Shown one piece after another: positions 63,870 to 64,000 of a stretch of 64,000 bases of DNA. Below the pieces are notes generated by a model. That model saw nothing but the letters and a program-made list of their open reading frames with translations. It was not told the origin of the DNA and made no database searches. The translations under genes and the position numbers were made by a program. The DNA lies in the NCBI RefSeq assembly GCF_002113885.1, contig NW_018404696.1, forward strand, positions 284,651 to 348,650, in the 5' to 3' direction. The DNA is from Mizuhopecten yessoensis (lineage: Eukaryota). How positions within the stretch are numbered: the first letter of the stretch is position 1; every line of letters starts with the position of its first letter.

Positions 63870-64000
63870 TGTACCACTCAATCAATAGTCCCCCACTAGT
63901 TACCGGGGGGAGGGGGTACCACTCAATCAATAGTCCCCCACTAGTTACCAGGGGGAGGGGGTACCACTCAATCAATAGTCCCCCACTAGTTACCAGGGGG
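63870..64000. repeat. About 45-bp tandem repeat, truncated by window end
   Basis: gtaccactcaatcaatagtcccccactagttacc(g/a)ggggg x3. Confidence 0.9.

Overview
Eukaryotic (animal) genomic DNA, AT-rich and intron-dominated; the repeat types suggest a bivalve mollusc, but that is inference. The window lies inside one giant + strand spectrin-repeat gene of the nesprin-1/SYNE1/Msp300 type. Fifteen GT-AG exons (1616-22402, all phase 0, about 1079 aa, about 10 spectrin repeats) splice into one open frame. The repeat continues at exon 63615-63733 after a 41.2-kb intron (22403-63614). That intron holds two in-phase coding exons that are not spectrin. (i) A 1.7-kb terminal exon (25466-27190) encodes a 574-aa disordered tail with about 9 TQT/QT LC8-type motifs and a terminal helix. 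(ii) An 87-nt ATG-initiated exon (51351-51437, too short for the ORF track) encodes MGNTVTHCGGKRSKKRKKK..., a myristoylation + Cys + polybasic membrane-anchor signature, with a phase-0 donor matching the next spectrin exon. My inference is that this intron can split the gene into a truncated LC8-binding isoform and a lipid-anchored C-terminal isoform. The rest is about 20 minisatellite arrays (the source of most long ORFs), Helentron-type non-autonomous elements, MITEs, SINEs and one assembly gap. Neither the CH domains nor the KASH domain lies in the window, and no transcript evidence is available.
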